A stretch of 32,000 bases of DNA from Clostridium subterminale (GCF_039521425.1 NZ_BAAACI010000001.1:59974-91973), one strand, 5' to 3'. Positions 1 through 8,991 are shown, counted from the stretch's first letter. The notes: generated by a model not told the origin, from the letters alone. A program made the numbers and translations.

Positions 1-1
1 T

Positions 2-184
2 ATTTTAGTTATTCCTGCATATCTTGCTAAGGGGTTGGAATTTGATGTGGTTATGATATATAATGCCAGTGATTTAAGGTATAAGGATGAAGAGGATAGG
101 TTACTACTTTATACAGCTTGTACAAGAGCCCTCCATGTTTTGGATATATTTTATTTAGGGAATGTATCATCATTATTAAAGTGA
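2..184 (+). CDS. UvrD/HelD-like superfamily-1 helicase, C-terminal fragment (gene continues off the left edge)
   Basis: Frame 2 is open from the window edge to TGA at 182-184. It translates to [53 protein letters not shown], which looks like the UvrD-like C-terminal helicase motif region (GxEFD..V....; LLYTA.TRA). A hairpin terminator follows. Confidence 0.55.
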   Translation: MLVIPAYLAKGLEFDVVMIYNASDLRYKDEEDRLLLYTACTRALHVLDIFYLGNVSSLLK

Positions 185-192
185 AAAGAAAT

Positions 193-225
193 AAGGTAGA
201 CTGAGAAAGTCTATCTTATTTTTAT
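193..225. terminator. Bidirectional intrinsic terminator between convergent genes
   Basis: The stem aaggtagact (193-202) pairs with agtctatctt (208-217): 10 bp including one G-U. T-rich tracts follow on both strands. Confidence 0.6.
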
Positions 226-246
226 AATCTAATGCCACATTGTTGT

Positions 247-1503
247 CTATTTCTTCTTAATCCCCCAAAGATATAATTGTCCTTCGTCATCTTTTGTGAA
301 AGTATATTCTTCATCTATCCATGTATGATGTAAAGTATCATTACTAATTGGATATGTAGGCAAAATGTATTCATCGTCTATAACTAAAAATATATCGTTA
401 TTTTCTTTTTTAAGCTCTAACTTGAAGCCATCTTCTTCATATACCCCTAGATAATTTTTAAGTACATTATCACCTATAGGAAATACTTCAGGCTTTTTAG
501 GCATCTCGTACTTTTCTCCAAAAGCAATTAAAGTAATCTCGTTGCATAGTTTATTGACAGCTGTAAATCCATAGTTGCTTAAAACCACAACAGCAAAATT
601 GTCATCCACATATCTATGTATTTCAGTTAGAAAGCCCTCACAACCACCATTATGTTGAACAGCCATTCTGTTATTATTCGTCTCTATACAAACACCATAT
701 CCGTAATTGTTTTTATATGGTGTATTCATCTTTTCAATTGACTTTCTACTTAATAACTTATCGCTATTTAGAGCCTTATCCCATATGAATAAATCCTCAA
801 CTGTTGAGTATATCCCCCCAGAAGAAAGCATTAAATCCATGTTAATATAATTACAGTGAATAAGATCATTGCTATTTAGATAATAGCCTGATGCCATATT
901 TTCAATAATTTTTTTATCATCATCTACACCTGTATTAAACATGCCTAGAGGTATAAATATATTTTCAGTTAAAAATTCACTGTAACTCTTTCCTGATAAT
1001 TTTTCAATAAGCATTCCTAAAAGGTAGTATCCTGTGTTGCTATATTCCCATTGAGTACCTGGTTCAAAATTTAATGGCTTACTCAGAAACATTTTAATTA
1101 AGTCAGATTTTTTATGACACATCCTATGAAAAGTTTTATGAGAGTCTGGAAGGTCTGAGTAGTTAAAAATCCCTGAGGTATGAGTTAACAAGTGATGGAT
1201 AGTAATATTAGGGTTTAGCTCTTTACAGTCGGGAAAATATTTTTTCAGACTATCTTCTATTCTCAATAATCCTCTTTCCTCTAAAATTAAAATAGCAGCA
1301 GCAGTAAATTGCTTTGTAATTGACCATATTTTATATTTCGTCTCCGTGGTATTTTTAACCTTATGTTCAATGTTAGCATACCCGTAAGCTTTCTTAAAAA
1401 GTATTTCCCCATCATTTATAGCAACGATAGATCCACTAAAGCTCCATAATTCTGTGTATAATTCTAAATATTCACTTATTTTATCATGTATATCTTTTTT
1501 CAC
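247..1503 (-). CDS. Serine hydrolase, class C beta-lactamase / PBP-related family
   Basis: 418-aa ORF with the SxxK active-site motif in a typical context (KIWSITKQFTAAAILILEERGLL) and YSNTGY (YxN-like motif). The SD ggggg lies upstream of the ATG. Confidence 0.85.
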   Translation of the reverse strand: MKKDIHDKISEYLELYTELWSFSGSIVAINDGEILFKKAYGYANIEHKVKNTTETKYKIWSITKQFTAAAILILEERGLLRIEDSLKKYFPDCKELNPNITIHHLLTHTSGIFNYSDLPDSHKTFHRMCHKKSDLIKMFLSKPLNFEPGTQWEYSNTGYYLLGMLIEKLSGKSYSEFLTENIFIPLGMFNTGVDDDKKIIENMASGYYLNSNDLIHCNYINMDLMLSSGGIYSTVEDLFIWDKALNSDKLLSRKSIEKMNTPYKNNYGYGVCIETNNNRMAVQHNGGCEGFLTEIHRYVDDNFAVVVLSNYGFTAVNKLCNEITLIAFGEKYEMPKKPEVFPIGDNVLKNYLGVYEEDGFKLELKKENNDIFLVIDDEYILPTYPISNDTLHHTWIDEEYTFTKDDEGQLYLWGIKKK

Positions 1504-1766
1504 TTTGAAGTCCCCCTAATGTAAACTTATTGTTTAAGTACTACTGATCTTTGTCGCATATCATTTAGATAATATATAAGATTGCTAATAGATCATTAAA
1601 TACTTATATTTCTAATCAATATCTATTTTAATACGTTGGTACATACTAGCATATATAAAGAATAGTATATAAATGATTATTATCTTTTATTTTAGTATGC
1701 AGAAACATTAAAATTGAATAGTACACATAATTTATTCCAAATTAAATTGGGGAAAGGGGAAATATT

Positions 1767-2693
1767 ATGAGTATTTCTTTTAGATATTATACAGATGATG
1801 ATTTTTTAAAATTAGAAGAACTTATTTTAGCAAGCTATGAATGGGGAAATCCACCATGGGGATTTAGTAGGCATGAGTTCTGTCGTGGAGTTCATAGTGC
1901 ATGGGCAAATATAAAAGATAATTGGAGACATACCGTTGGGGTCTGGGAAGAAGATGGCAAGGTTATTTCAGCAGTTATTTGCGGAGGTGTATGGCACGGA
2001 GATGCATTTTTTATTTTTGATTCATTAGAACGACAAAGAGATGGCAAATTACTTGAGAGTATGTTTCATCATGCAGAAACACATATGTCTTGTTTTACAA
2101 AAGATTATAAAGAAAGGACTCGATATTTACATATTGTAATTCCGTCAGAATATAATTATGTAAAGAACATGGCAAAAGAAAGAGGCTATGGATTATCACA
2201 GAATGTAGAGCGGTCACTGATACTTCCATTTACAGGTGATAAATTTGATGTTGTACTCCCAGAGGGATATACCATAACTGATGGAAATGAAACACCAGAC
2301 TTTTTTCTTTCTAATACCCATATGTTTTCATTTAACTATACACTTCCAACGGCAGAAACTGGTGAAATAGGATTTCATGATTTGAGAAAAATGCCAGGAT
2401 ATAAACCAGAACTTGATTTATGTGTGCTGGATAGGGAAGGAAAGCCAGTGGGAATCGCTATCATTTGGTATAATGAAAAAATGCCTTATTGTGAATTAGA
2501 GCCGCTTGGAGTTGTTTGGTGGTGCAGGCGAAAGGGAATAGCAAGAGCATTAATTTATGAGACAGCCAACCGTATTATGGAGATATCTCCTAAGTGTAGA
2601 GGAATGCTTGGTGGAGACCAGCAATTTTATTGGGATTTAGGTTTTGAAGTTGAAACAACCTATGAGACTTGGGATTGGAGCAAAAGATTTTAA
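1767..2693 (+). CDS. GNAT-family N-acetyltransferase (long form)
   Basis: 308-aa ORF with SD gggaaagggga. The C-terminal acetyl-CoA motif-A-like segment is LGVVWWCRRKGIARALIYE (R/Q-x-x-G-x-A). Confidence 0.7.
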   Translation: MSISFRYYTDDDFLKLEELILASYEWGNPPWGFSRHEFCRGVHSAWANIKDNWRHTVGVWEEDGKVISAVICGGVWHGDAFFIFDSLERQRDGKLLESMFHHAETHMSCFTKDYKERTRYLHIVIPSEYNYVKNMAKERGYGLSQNVERSLILPFTGDKFDVVLPEGYTITDGNETPDFFLSNTHMFSFNYTLPTAETGEIGFHDLRKMPGYKPELDLCVLDREGKPVGIAIIWYNEKMPYCELEPLGVVWWCRRKGIARALIYETANRIMEISPKCRGMLGGDQQFYWDLGFEVETTYETWDWSKRF

Positions 2694-2744
2694 TAGTTGG
2701 TAATATTCTTAAGGTGATGATATTTAAATTTAAATATGCAAAAT

Positions 2745-2782
2745 GGCTTACATTAATAAATGTAAGCCTATATTTATATTTT
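2745..2782 (+). terminator. Intrinsic terminator
   Basis: ggcttacat (2745-2753) pairs with atgtaagcc (2760-2768): perfect 9-bp stem, 6-nt loop, followed by tatatttatatttt. Confidence 0.6.
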
Positions 2783-2880
2783 CAACATATATACCGGTAT
2801 CATATAATGTTTTAGAATTATATGATTAGTGTAATAGGTTAAATGCATAAAAATCCCATATACACTCCTTCAAAAATTAA

Positions 2881-3864
2881 TTAAATTGGCATTGTAAAGG
2901 TATTTTTTCTCTTATTTAATAAATCCTCTAATTTAATTCTCAAATTAATCATCCAATCAGGTTCGTTGTTCCATTTCTCTTCTACAGAGCGAAGTATACG
3001 GACATATCCATATAAATCAACATATCTTCTGAAGATAGGCAATAATTTAAGCATTTCATCAGAAATATCATACTCTAAGCGGTACCCCTTAATAAACTCA
3101 TTTATCGAAGGTTCTACTTGTTCTTCTGGCATATCTTCTTTTATGCTATCTAATGATTGCTCGATATCCAATGCATACCAATGATACATCGAATCATCAA
3201 AATCTATAGGATTGTAGGTTTTTGTGATTTCATTATAAAATACATTGTCAAGCTCAAAGTCATAATGGATAAGTCCAAAGTTTTCTTTTGTAGTTGGTAG
3301 TTTTGAAAAATAAGCTCTAAGTATAGATAGCTCACTTTTAGCAGCAGTTTCATCTGGAAAAGTTGATAATACATCTTCCATCCAGTCCATCGTCTCTTTC
3401 CAGTCATTACGTTTATTATTTACTGGGATAAATTCACTGCTTAGTTTATGCAACTTTCCTAAAGCTTTACCTAAACCAAAGATTAAATCCGTTGTCAAAG
3501 GCATTGCTGCTATTTGTTTACCAGATACTTTTTTAAATGCAACAGCATAGAATGTTCCCCAAGGTGTGTCTACTACTTCAAGTTCATTGCCAGCTTTAGA
3601 TAGTATAGTTTCTACTGCAGCATAGCCATTACTTCTCAAATAACTCAAGAATTCAAGTTCAGCAAGTATTTTTTCCTGATTTTTTTCTTCAGCAGGTGTA
3701 AATCTAAGAAAAAAAGTATTACCTTGATTCTTACAGCAATAAACAGCATTTGATGAAATTCTATAATACTTTAAAAGATTAGGGTCATCATAATCATACT
3801 CCCAATTCTTGAGTATCATATGAGCTAAATCTTCATTATCAAACAAATATTTTAATTTTAACAT
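2881..3864 (-). CDS. Phosphotransferase enzyme family protein (APH / CotS-like small-molecule kinase fold)
   Basis: 327-aa ORF. The catalytic-loop signature is LIHYDFELDNVFY (HxDxxxxN), with the downstream IDFDDS (DFD metal-binding-like). Its ATG sits inside the stop region of the upstream rsgA-like gene (ATGTTAA, 7-nt overlap). Confidence 0.8.
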   Translation of the reverse strand: MLKLKYLFDNEDLAHMILKNWEYDYDDPNLLKYYRISSNAVYCCKNQGNTFFLRFTPAEEKNQEKILAELEFLSYLRSNGYAAVETILSKAGNELEVVDTPWGTFYAVAFKKVSGKQIAAMPLTTDLIFGLGKALGKLHKLSSEFIPVNNKRNDWKETMDWMEDVLSTFPDETAAKSELSILRAYFSKLPTTKENFGLIHYDFELDNVFYNEITKTYNPIDFDDSMYHWYALDIEQSLDSIKEDMPEEQVEPSINEFIKGYRLEYDISDEMLKLLPIFRRYVDLYGYVRILRSVEEKWNNEPDWMINLRIKLEDLLNKRKNTFTMPI

Positions 3865-4949
3865 TCACCATAACCTCTTTTCGTATTTCTTTTATTAGAT
3901 TTATTTATTCTGTTATTATAATAGGATTTTTTATTATCCTTTAGAGTTTTAAGTTCTTTCGATTGGCTTTTGTAGCTATTAAATCTTTCAATACTTAATC
4001 TTCCATCCTCAATAGCTTCCTTAACTGCGCAGCCAACTTCTTTATCATGTTTACAGTCTCTATATTTACATTGGTCTACCAAAGTGTAGATATCTTGAAA
4101 GCTTTCTGAAAGTATATCTTCATCCGCCCATAACTGCAGCTCCCTAATACCTGGAGTATCAATAATTGTGCAGCCTGAACTATGTTGTAAAAGCTGGCTA
4201 CTTGTGGTAGTGTGTGTGCCTTTGCCATTAGAACTGCTTATAGTATTTGTTTTTTGTATTTCATCACCAAAAAGGTAATTAGTAATTGTTGATTTGCCTA
4301 CACCAGAAGAACCAAGGAATACTACGGTCTTACCACAACATAAATATTTATCAAAGATATTCATATTGATATTATTTAAAACACTTATGGGATGTACAGC
4401 TATCATTTTTGCAATAGTATTTATTTTTTCTATATAATCAGGTATGTTATCGCAAAGATCACATTTATTTAACAGTATAACAGGTGTAGCTCCACTACTA
4501 AGAACCAAGGTAATATATCTTTCAATTCGACCTATATTAAAATTATCATCAAGGCCACTCACAATAAATGCAATATCTATATTTGAACCTATAATTTGTT
4601 CTTCTATATTTCCTCCAATCAGTATACCATTTTTCATTTTTCTTCCGCCTGATATAGCAAGCTTACGAGCAAAGTAGCTTTTTCTTGGTAATATTGCATA
4701 TATAATAGCTTCAGTATCATTAACGGTTTTAATTGCAACCCAATCTCCAACTGCTGGGTAATCCTTCTTAACATCTGCGTTATACATAAACTTACCACTT
4801 AGTTTACTATTGAAATCTCCTTCTTCTGAACGCACTATATAGTTACCCTTATGCTGCGTTATGACTCTTGCGGGCAAGAACCCTTTAATTAAATAGGGTT
4901 CAAAATCCTTTTGAAAATATGTGTCCCATCCTAACTTTTCTAAACTCAT
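3858..4949 (-). CDS. rsgA: Ribosome small-subunit-dependent GTPase A-like protein (circularly permuted GTPase), apparent accessory paralogue with Lys/Asn-rich C-terminal tail
   Basis: Permuted G-motif order: NKCD (G4), then GSSGVGKST (G1), then DTPG (G3). The C-terminal zinc knuckle is CKYRDCKHDKEVGCAV, followed by the tail KSYYNNRINKSNKRNTKRGYGEC. SD aaaaggag lies upstream. Confidence 0.85.
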   Translation of the reverse strand: MSLEKLGWDTYFQKDFEPYLIKGFLPARVITQHKGNYIVRSEEGDFNSKLSGKFMYNADVKKDYPAVGDWVAIKTVNDTEAIIYAILPRKSYFARKLAISGGRKMKNGILIGGNIEEQIIGSNIDIAFIVSGLDDNFNIGRIERYITLVLSSGATPVILLNKCDLCDNIPDYIEKINTIAKMIAVHPISVLNNINMNIFDKYLCCGKTVVFLGSSGVGKSTITNYLFGDEIQKTNTISSSNGKGTHTTTSSQLLQHSSGCTIIDTPGIRELQLWADEDILSESFQDIYTLVDQCKYRDCKHDKEVGCAVKEAIEDGRLSIERFNSYKSQSKELKTLKDNKKSYYNNRINKSNKRNTKRGYGEC

Positions 4950-5090
4950 AAAATCTCCTTTTCTGTAGTAAGCTAAATTTTAGCTTACATAAATTTTAAA
5001 GCTTAAAATAAGGTTATATGAAGTTCTGAATGAATTAGCATTATCTTAAATTTATTTGTTAAAGTTATTTATAAAAAAGTATATAAAAAT

Positions 5091-5117
5091 ACCACAGCAA
5101 GATTAACCTACTGTGGT
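5091..5117 (-). terminator. Intrinsic terminator inside the leader, upstream of rsgA-like
   Basis: The minus strand reads accacag-taggttaatcttg-ctgtggt followed by atttttatatactttttta. Confidence 0.55.
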
Positions 5118-5276
5118 ATACCTAATATTTGGACATAAAAAATACACGCTAACCTGTACCGTGAATTCTAATACTAACTATTAAGGCTGAAAGGTTAAAT
5201 CAAAGTTGTTCAAAAGGCACAACAAATAAAGAGTATACTAAGTACTCGTAAAAAATCCTTTTGAACCTATATGCAA

Positions 5277-5309
5277 TTATTTTAAAATCACCTCATATAA
5301 CTTTTGCAT
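5277..5309 (-). CDS. Candidate 10-codon leader peptide (MQKLYEVILK)
   Basis: On the minus strand the ATG is at 5309 and the TAA at 5279-5277. GGAG at 5325-5322 sits 12 nt upstream, which is longer than optimal. The position at the start of a terminator-containing leader is the only support. Confidence 0.3.
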   Translation of the reverse strand: MQKLYEVILK

Positions 5310-5359
5310 AAAAAAAACTCACTCCTTTCGCCTAAAATTTACTATTAAGCTTTAACCAT

Positions 5360-5388
5360 AATATAACATATAGTTACTAAAAATGCAA
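5360..5388 (-). promoter_or_regulatory. Sigma-A-type promoter for the rsgA-like operon leader
   Basis: Minus strand: TTGCAT (5388-5383), a 17-nt spacer ending in TGt, then TATATT (5365-5360). This is an extended -10 configuration. Confidence 0.55.
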
Positions 5389-5753
5389 CACTATGAATAT
5401 TATCCCAATATAACAGAAGCAAAGCCTTTAGTAGATATTCTAAAAGATAAAGGTAATGTAGAGATAGATCATTTACTTAAGCTAAAGAAAAGGATAAATT
5501 CACTAGAATTCAACATGAACAAGAAATTCCTAAGTATAAGAATGTTCATATGATTGAGATTGATGATATTCAATTAGACGAGGAAGTTAAGAAAAAAACT
5601 AATAAATAAAATAAAGCCCGTAATGGAATTAGAGGATAATGATGAATAAAAAAACTGTATCACAAGTAATAGCATATTTACAAAATATGTTACAATAGGA
5701 AAGGGGAGTGATTTTTTAATGCAAGGCAAATAGGAAATTTATGGAGGGGTTTT

Positions 5754-6476
5754 ATGACAAAAGTTAGAGTTATTGTTTTTGATTTATTTGAGACATTGCT
5801 TCATGATATTAAATTTGATTTTGATTCAGGTTTACATTATCTACATGAAAATATTTTATCAAAAGATACTGATAAAGTTGAATTTCTAGAGTATGCAGCT
5901 ACATATTGGAAAGAACTTTATGATAAAAGAAGCGAGGATAATTCAGAATTGGCATTTGACGATGAACTTTTAGATTTCAAAAATAAATATGGTTTTAAAG
6001 TGAATCATCCATTAGAAGAAATTATATTTAATTGTGCACTTGAAATAAATACTACTGAATTATTTAATGATACTATTTCTACCTTAGAGCAACTTAAGTT
6101 GTTAGGAATTCCGGTTTATTTATTAAGTAATTCCATATTTAAAAAGAATGTAATGAAAAAATTCATTAACCAATATGATTTAGAAAAATATTTTGTTAAT
6201 ATACATTTTAGTGCGGATTATAAAATAAGGAAGCCACATAAAGATTTATTTAAAATTGTATTTGATGATATTAAAGAGTACGATGCTAGCATCGAAATGG
6301 AACAGGTTTACTTCATTGGAGATAATTTTGAAGTTGATGTTCTTGGGGCTGAAAATTTTGGCTTTACACCAGTTTTTATAAACCGTAAACAAGATACGGA
6401 TATTAATAACAAAAATTTTATTGAGATTAAATCGCTAAATGAATTATTAAAAATAGTAATTTTGATGGGGGGATAA
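5754..6476 (+). CDS. HAD-superfamily hydrolase (haloacid dehalogenase-like)
   Basis: Motif I-like VIVFDLFETL. Motif III lysine in IRKPHKDLF. Motif IV is GDNFEVDVLGA. SD ggagggg lies upstream. Confidence 0.8.
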   Translation: MTKVRVIVFDLFETLLHDIKFDFDSGLHYLHENILSKDTDKVEFLEYAATYWKELYDKRSEDNSELAFDDELLDFKNKYGFKVNHPLEEIIFNCALEINTTELFNDTISTLEQLKLLGIPVYLLSNSIFKKNVMKKFINQYDLEKYFVNIHFSADYKIRKPHKDLFKIVFDDIKEYDASIEMEQVYFIGDNFEVDVLGAENFGFTPVFINRKQDTDINNKNFIEIKSLNELLKIVILMGG

Positions 6477-6478
6477 TA

Positions 6479-6853
6479 ATGCGTATGGAAAAGTTTATAA
6501 ATGAATTTTGGAAGTGTGTTGCATCTCAAGATAAAGATGAATTAAAAAAATATTTTTGTGAAGATGCAACTATTAGATGGCACTGTACAAATGAATGTTT
6601 TAGTGTTGATGAATATATTATTGCAAATTGTGAGTATCCAGGAACATGGAATGGTGAAATTGAGCGTATTGTTCAACTGGATAATACCATTATTACGGTT
6701 ACACGAGTTTGGACTGAAGATATGTCTTGTCATGCAACTTCATTTTTTATAATAGAGAATAATAAAATTAAAGAACTTGACGAATATTTTGGAGATGATG
6801 GTTATGCTCCAAAATGGAGATTAGACAAACAAATTGGGAAATCTATTAAGTAA
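6479..6853 (+). CDS. NTF2-like / SnoaL-like small protein
   Basis: 124 aa. The size and N-terminal pattern (FINEFWKCVASQDKDELKKYF.EDATIRW) are typical of nuclear-transport-factor-2-fold proteins. It is tightly coupled to the HAD gene (2-nt gap, SD gggggg). Confidence 0.6.
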   Translation: MRMEKFINEFWKCVASQDKDELKKYFCEDATIRWHCTNECFSVDEYIIANCEYPGTWNGEIERIVQLDNTIITVTRVWTEDMSCHATSFFIIENNKIKELDEYFGDDGYAPKWRLDKQIGKSIK

Positions 6854-6906
6854 ATTCTAATTTAAGGATGAATAATATAGATAGTTACATTTGTAGGGGG
6901 GTAAAG

Positions 6907-7491
6907 ATGACAGAAAGAGAAAAAATGTTAGCAGGTCTGCTTTATGATTGTGGGGATAAAGAATTAATAGAACAGTGGCATAAGGCTAAAAATTTGATAC
7001 GTGATTATAACCTAACTGATTCAGAAGATAGATTAAAGAAACATAATATATTAAAAAAACTCCTTGGCGGATATGGAGATAATTTATGGATTACCGCACC
7101 GTTTTATGTAGACTATGGTAATAATATTTATTTTGGAAACAATTGTGAAGTAAATATGAATTGTACATTTTTAGATGATAACAGAATTGAAATAGGCGAT
7201 AATGCACTTATTGCACCTAATATTCAGATATATACGGCTTTTCATCCAACAAATGCAAAAGAACGTTTTGGAGAGTGTATAGATGATGGTTCTTTTGCAT
7301 TTTGTAAAACGCAGACTGCACCAGTGAAAATAGGGAATAATGTCTGGATTGGCGGCGGCGTTGTTATTTTACCTGGGGTTATAATTGGAGATAATGTTGT
7401 CATTGGAGCAGGAAGTATTGTAACAAAGGATATTCCAGCAGATACAATTGCTTTTGGAAATCCATGCAGAGTTATTAAAAAGAATGCATAA
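6907..7491 (+). CDS. maa: Maltose/galactoside O-acetyltransferase family (hexapeptide-repeat, LbH)
   Basis: The N-terminus MTEREKMLAGLLYDCGDKELIEQWHKAKNLIRDYN is the classical Maa N-terminal domain. Hexapeptide repeats follow (IGNNVWIGGGVVILPGVIIGDNVVIGAGSIV). Start chosen at the ATG at 6907 behind SD ggggg rather than the ORF-track 6868. Confidence 0.85.
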   Translation: MTEREKMLAGLLYDCGDKELIEQWHKAKNLIRDYNLTDSEDRLKKHNILKKLLGGYGDNLWITAPFYVDYGNNIYFGNNCEVNMNCTFLDDNRIEIGDNALIAPNIQIYTAFHPTNAKERFGECIDDGSFAFCKTQTAPVKIGNNVWIGGGVVILPGVIIGDNVVIGAGSIVTKDIPADTIAFGNPCRVIKKNA

Positions 7492-7520
7492 TTAAATTCC
7501 AGTAAAAAAGTATTTTATAA

Positions 7521-7576
7521 TTGACAAAATATAATTAGAAGATTACATTTAAAATGTAAATAATAGATTACATTTT
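7521..7576 (+). promoter_or_regulatory. Promoter with overlapping palindromic operator for the XRE regulator
   Basis: TTGACA (7521-7526), 17-nt spacer, TACATT (7544-7549). The perfect 7-1-7 palindrome tacattt-a-aaatgta (7544-7558) overlaps the -10. The half-site agattacattt recurs at 7565-7576. Confidence 0.55.
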
Positions 7577-7593
7577 GTTAAGGAGGTAATATC

Positions 7594-7794
7594 TTGATAC
7601 AGAATCGAATTAAAGTTTTGAGAGCCGAGCATGATTGGACACAAGCTGATTTAGCTGAAAAGGTAGGTATTTCACGTCAAGCGGTTATATCAATTGAGAA
7701 GTATAAATATACACCATCTTTAGAATTAGCGTTCAAAATTTCAAAAGTTTTTAACATTTCTATAAATAAAGTTTTTGAATACAAGGAGAATTAA
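7594..7794 (+). CDS. XRE-family helix-turn-helix transcriptional regulator (66 aa)
   Basis: The HTH_3 signature is RIKVLRAEHDWTQADLAEKVGISRQAVISIEKYKYTPSLELAFKISKVF. TTG start behind SD aaggagg. Confidence 0.85.
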   Translation: MIQNRIKVLRAEHDWTQADLAEKVGISRQAVISIEKYKYTPSLELAFKISKVFNISINKVFEYKEN

Positions 7795-7798
7795 AACA

Positions 7799-8122
7799 AT
7801 GAATGAACAAATTATTATTTCATTTTTCATGATTATTGGTACTGGAATTACTCTTTTTCTGTATTTGTGGAAGGTTAAAAAGGAAATCGATTATAAAAAA
7901 GACGAACGTTGGCAGTTAATCCAGAACAAAGCTAATAATACAGCGAATTATTCAAACTATATCTTAATAGTATTTTTAGCTGTTGGAGAAGCGATATTGA
8001 CATTTTCTGATATTCAAATAACCCTTACTTTGAATCGCGTTTTAATTTATGGAGTATTATTCATCGGCTTAAGAAATGGGATAGAATTATTTGCATTAAG
8101 ATATTTTGATGATCAACTATAA
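7799..8122 (+). CDS. Small membrane protein (3 predicted TM segments) coupled to the XRE regulator
   Basis: The ATG at 7799 sits behind SD aaggaga. Hydrophobic stretches: IIISFFMIIGTGITLFLYLW, YILIVFLAVGEAILTF, VLIYGVLFIGL. Overlaps or abuts the XRE stop. Confidence 0.6.
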   Translation: MNEQIIISFFMIIGTGITLFLYLWKVKKEIDYKKDERWQLIQNKANNTANYSNYILIVFLAVGEAILTFSDIQITLTLNRVLIYGVLFIGLRNGIELFALRYFDDQL

Positions 8123-8136
8123 TTGTTGAAAGCAAA

Positions 8137-8352
8137 TTGAGTGTATATATTTATATACCTATGAAGGATAATAGTAGAAGTGAATGGGGAACTAGAAACA
8201 ATACTAGGGAGGAAATAAATATAAGAGACCACAATATTTATTTTGAATATATGAATGGAGCTAACAAAAATGAATTAGCTGATAAATACTTCTTATCAAA
8301 GAAAAGCATTGATAGGATAATTTTAAAGGAAAAATCTAAAAAAGAGTTATGA
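8137..8352 (+). CDS. Mor/CD3324-like small HTH protein, possibly N-terminally truncated
   Basis: YIYIPMKDNSRSEWGTRNNTREEINIRDHNIYFEYMNGANKNELADKYFLSKKSIDRII matches the remembered family pattern (YIYIP....R..WG....TR.E...RN..I...Y..G....ELA..Y.LS.KSI.RII). The usual ~25-aa N-terminal part is absent. A hairpin follows at 8351-8385. Confidence 0.45.
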   Translation: MSVYIYIPMKDNSRSEWGTRNNTREEINIRDHNIYFEYMNGANKNELADKYFLSKKSIDRIILKEKSKKEL

Positions 8353-8495
8353 GCTAAGACTTAAATAAGTTTTGGCTCATTTTTATATATGAATAATTCT
8401 TAAGGTTTATATGTTAATATATTTGAAATAAAATATTATTGTTGGAATTTCTGTTTTAAATTAAGATATAAATAATAAAAGGATGGGAGTTAATA

Positions 8496-8831
8496 ATGGA
8501 TAAAGCAGAAGAGTTTTTTAGTAACAATAGTTTTGAGAATTGTTTTGCTTTTAATCATGTATTAGGTTTAAGTTGCAATGCTTATCATGGAAATCTTCAT
8601 GAGAGTAAGAAGTATATTGCTAATTTACTCGGAGAATATGGATATAGTATTGAGCATGAAAATGTATATTATAGTATAAATTTAAATACTGCACAGCAAG
8701 TAGAAATAGATGATTATATTCAAATTATAAAAAGTGGAGTTAATGAACATAGTAAAAATGATAGAAATAGCATATTCAAAAGAAAAGGAAATTTCATGAA
8801 ATATGCCACAGGAGGTACAAGAAACGATTGA
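8496..8831 (+). CDS. Hypothetical protein (possibly a decayed gene fragment)
   Basis: 111-aa ORF with SD ggatgggag. I recognise no motif, and the 3' end looks frame-disrupted. Confidence 0.3.
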   Translation: MDKAEEFFSNNSFENCFAFNHVLGLSCNAYHGNLHESKKYIANLLGEYGYSIEHENVYYSINLNTAQQVEIDDYIQIIKSGVNEHSKNDRNSIFKRKGNFMKYATGGTRND

Positions 8832-8991
8832 AGGAATACTACAAATATTAGATTCACAATGCGGAGCAGATTGATGAATATGAAGAGCATGTTCTTAAAT
8901 ATGAAAGTAAACTAAAATAAAGTATAAATAGTAATAACAAATAGTACTAATAAATATATGAAGAATAGTTTATGGAAATAGGGAGGAATAT

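Larger units (their letters stand above)
4950..5352 (-). promoter_or_regulatory. ~400-nt 5' leader of the rsgA-like/APH-like operon: mini-ORF, nested hairpins and an intrinsic terminator (candidate attenuator)
   Basis: The leader lies between a good sigma-A-like promoter (5360-5388) and the rsgA ATG. It holds a 10-bp stem (5208-5217 with 5258-5267) enclosing a gagta/tactc hairpin. It also holds a terminator hairpin (5091-5117) and a gtaagcta/tagcttac hairpin just before the SD. Confidence 0.45.

Noticed and set aside
2966-4677. ORF-track entries 2966-3184 (+), 3204-3407 (-, off-frame) and 4444-4677 (+), lying inside the APH-like and rsgA-like genes
   Set aside because: They are antisense or out of frame within well-supported genes. 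They have a low-complexity Ser/Ile/Leu-rich composition typical of AT-rich shadow ORFs, and no SD.
5383-5553. 56-codon plus-strand ORF (MQHYEYYPNITEAKPLVDILK...) in the 4950-5753 intergenic region
   Set aside because: No SD in front of the ATG. The ATG coincides with the -35 hexamer (TTGCAT on the minus strand) of the promoter driving the rsgA-like leader. The downstream frame is broken. It could at most be an old gene remnant.
6308-6752. ORFs 6308-6529 (-), 6542-6733 (-) and 6558-6752 (+), overlapping the HAD and NTF2-like genes
   Set aside because: Shadow ORFs on the opposite strand or in an alternative frame of genes with clear motifs. No ribosome-binding sites.
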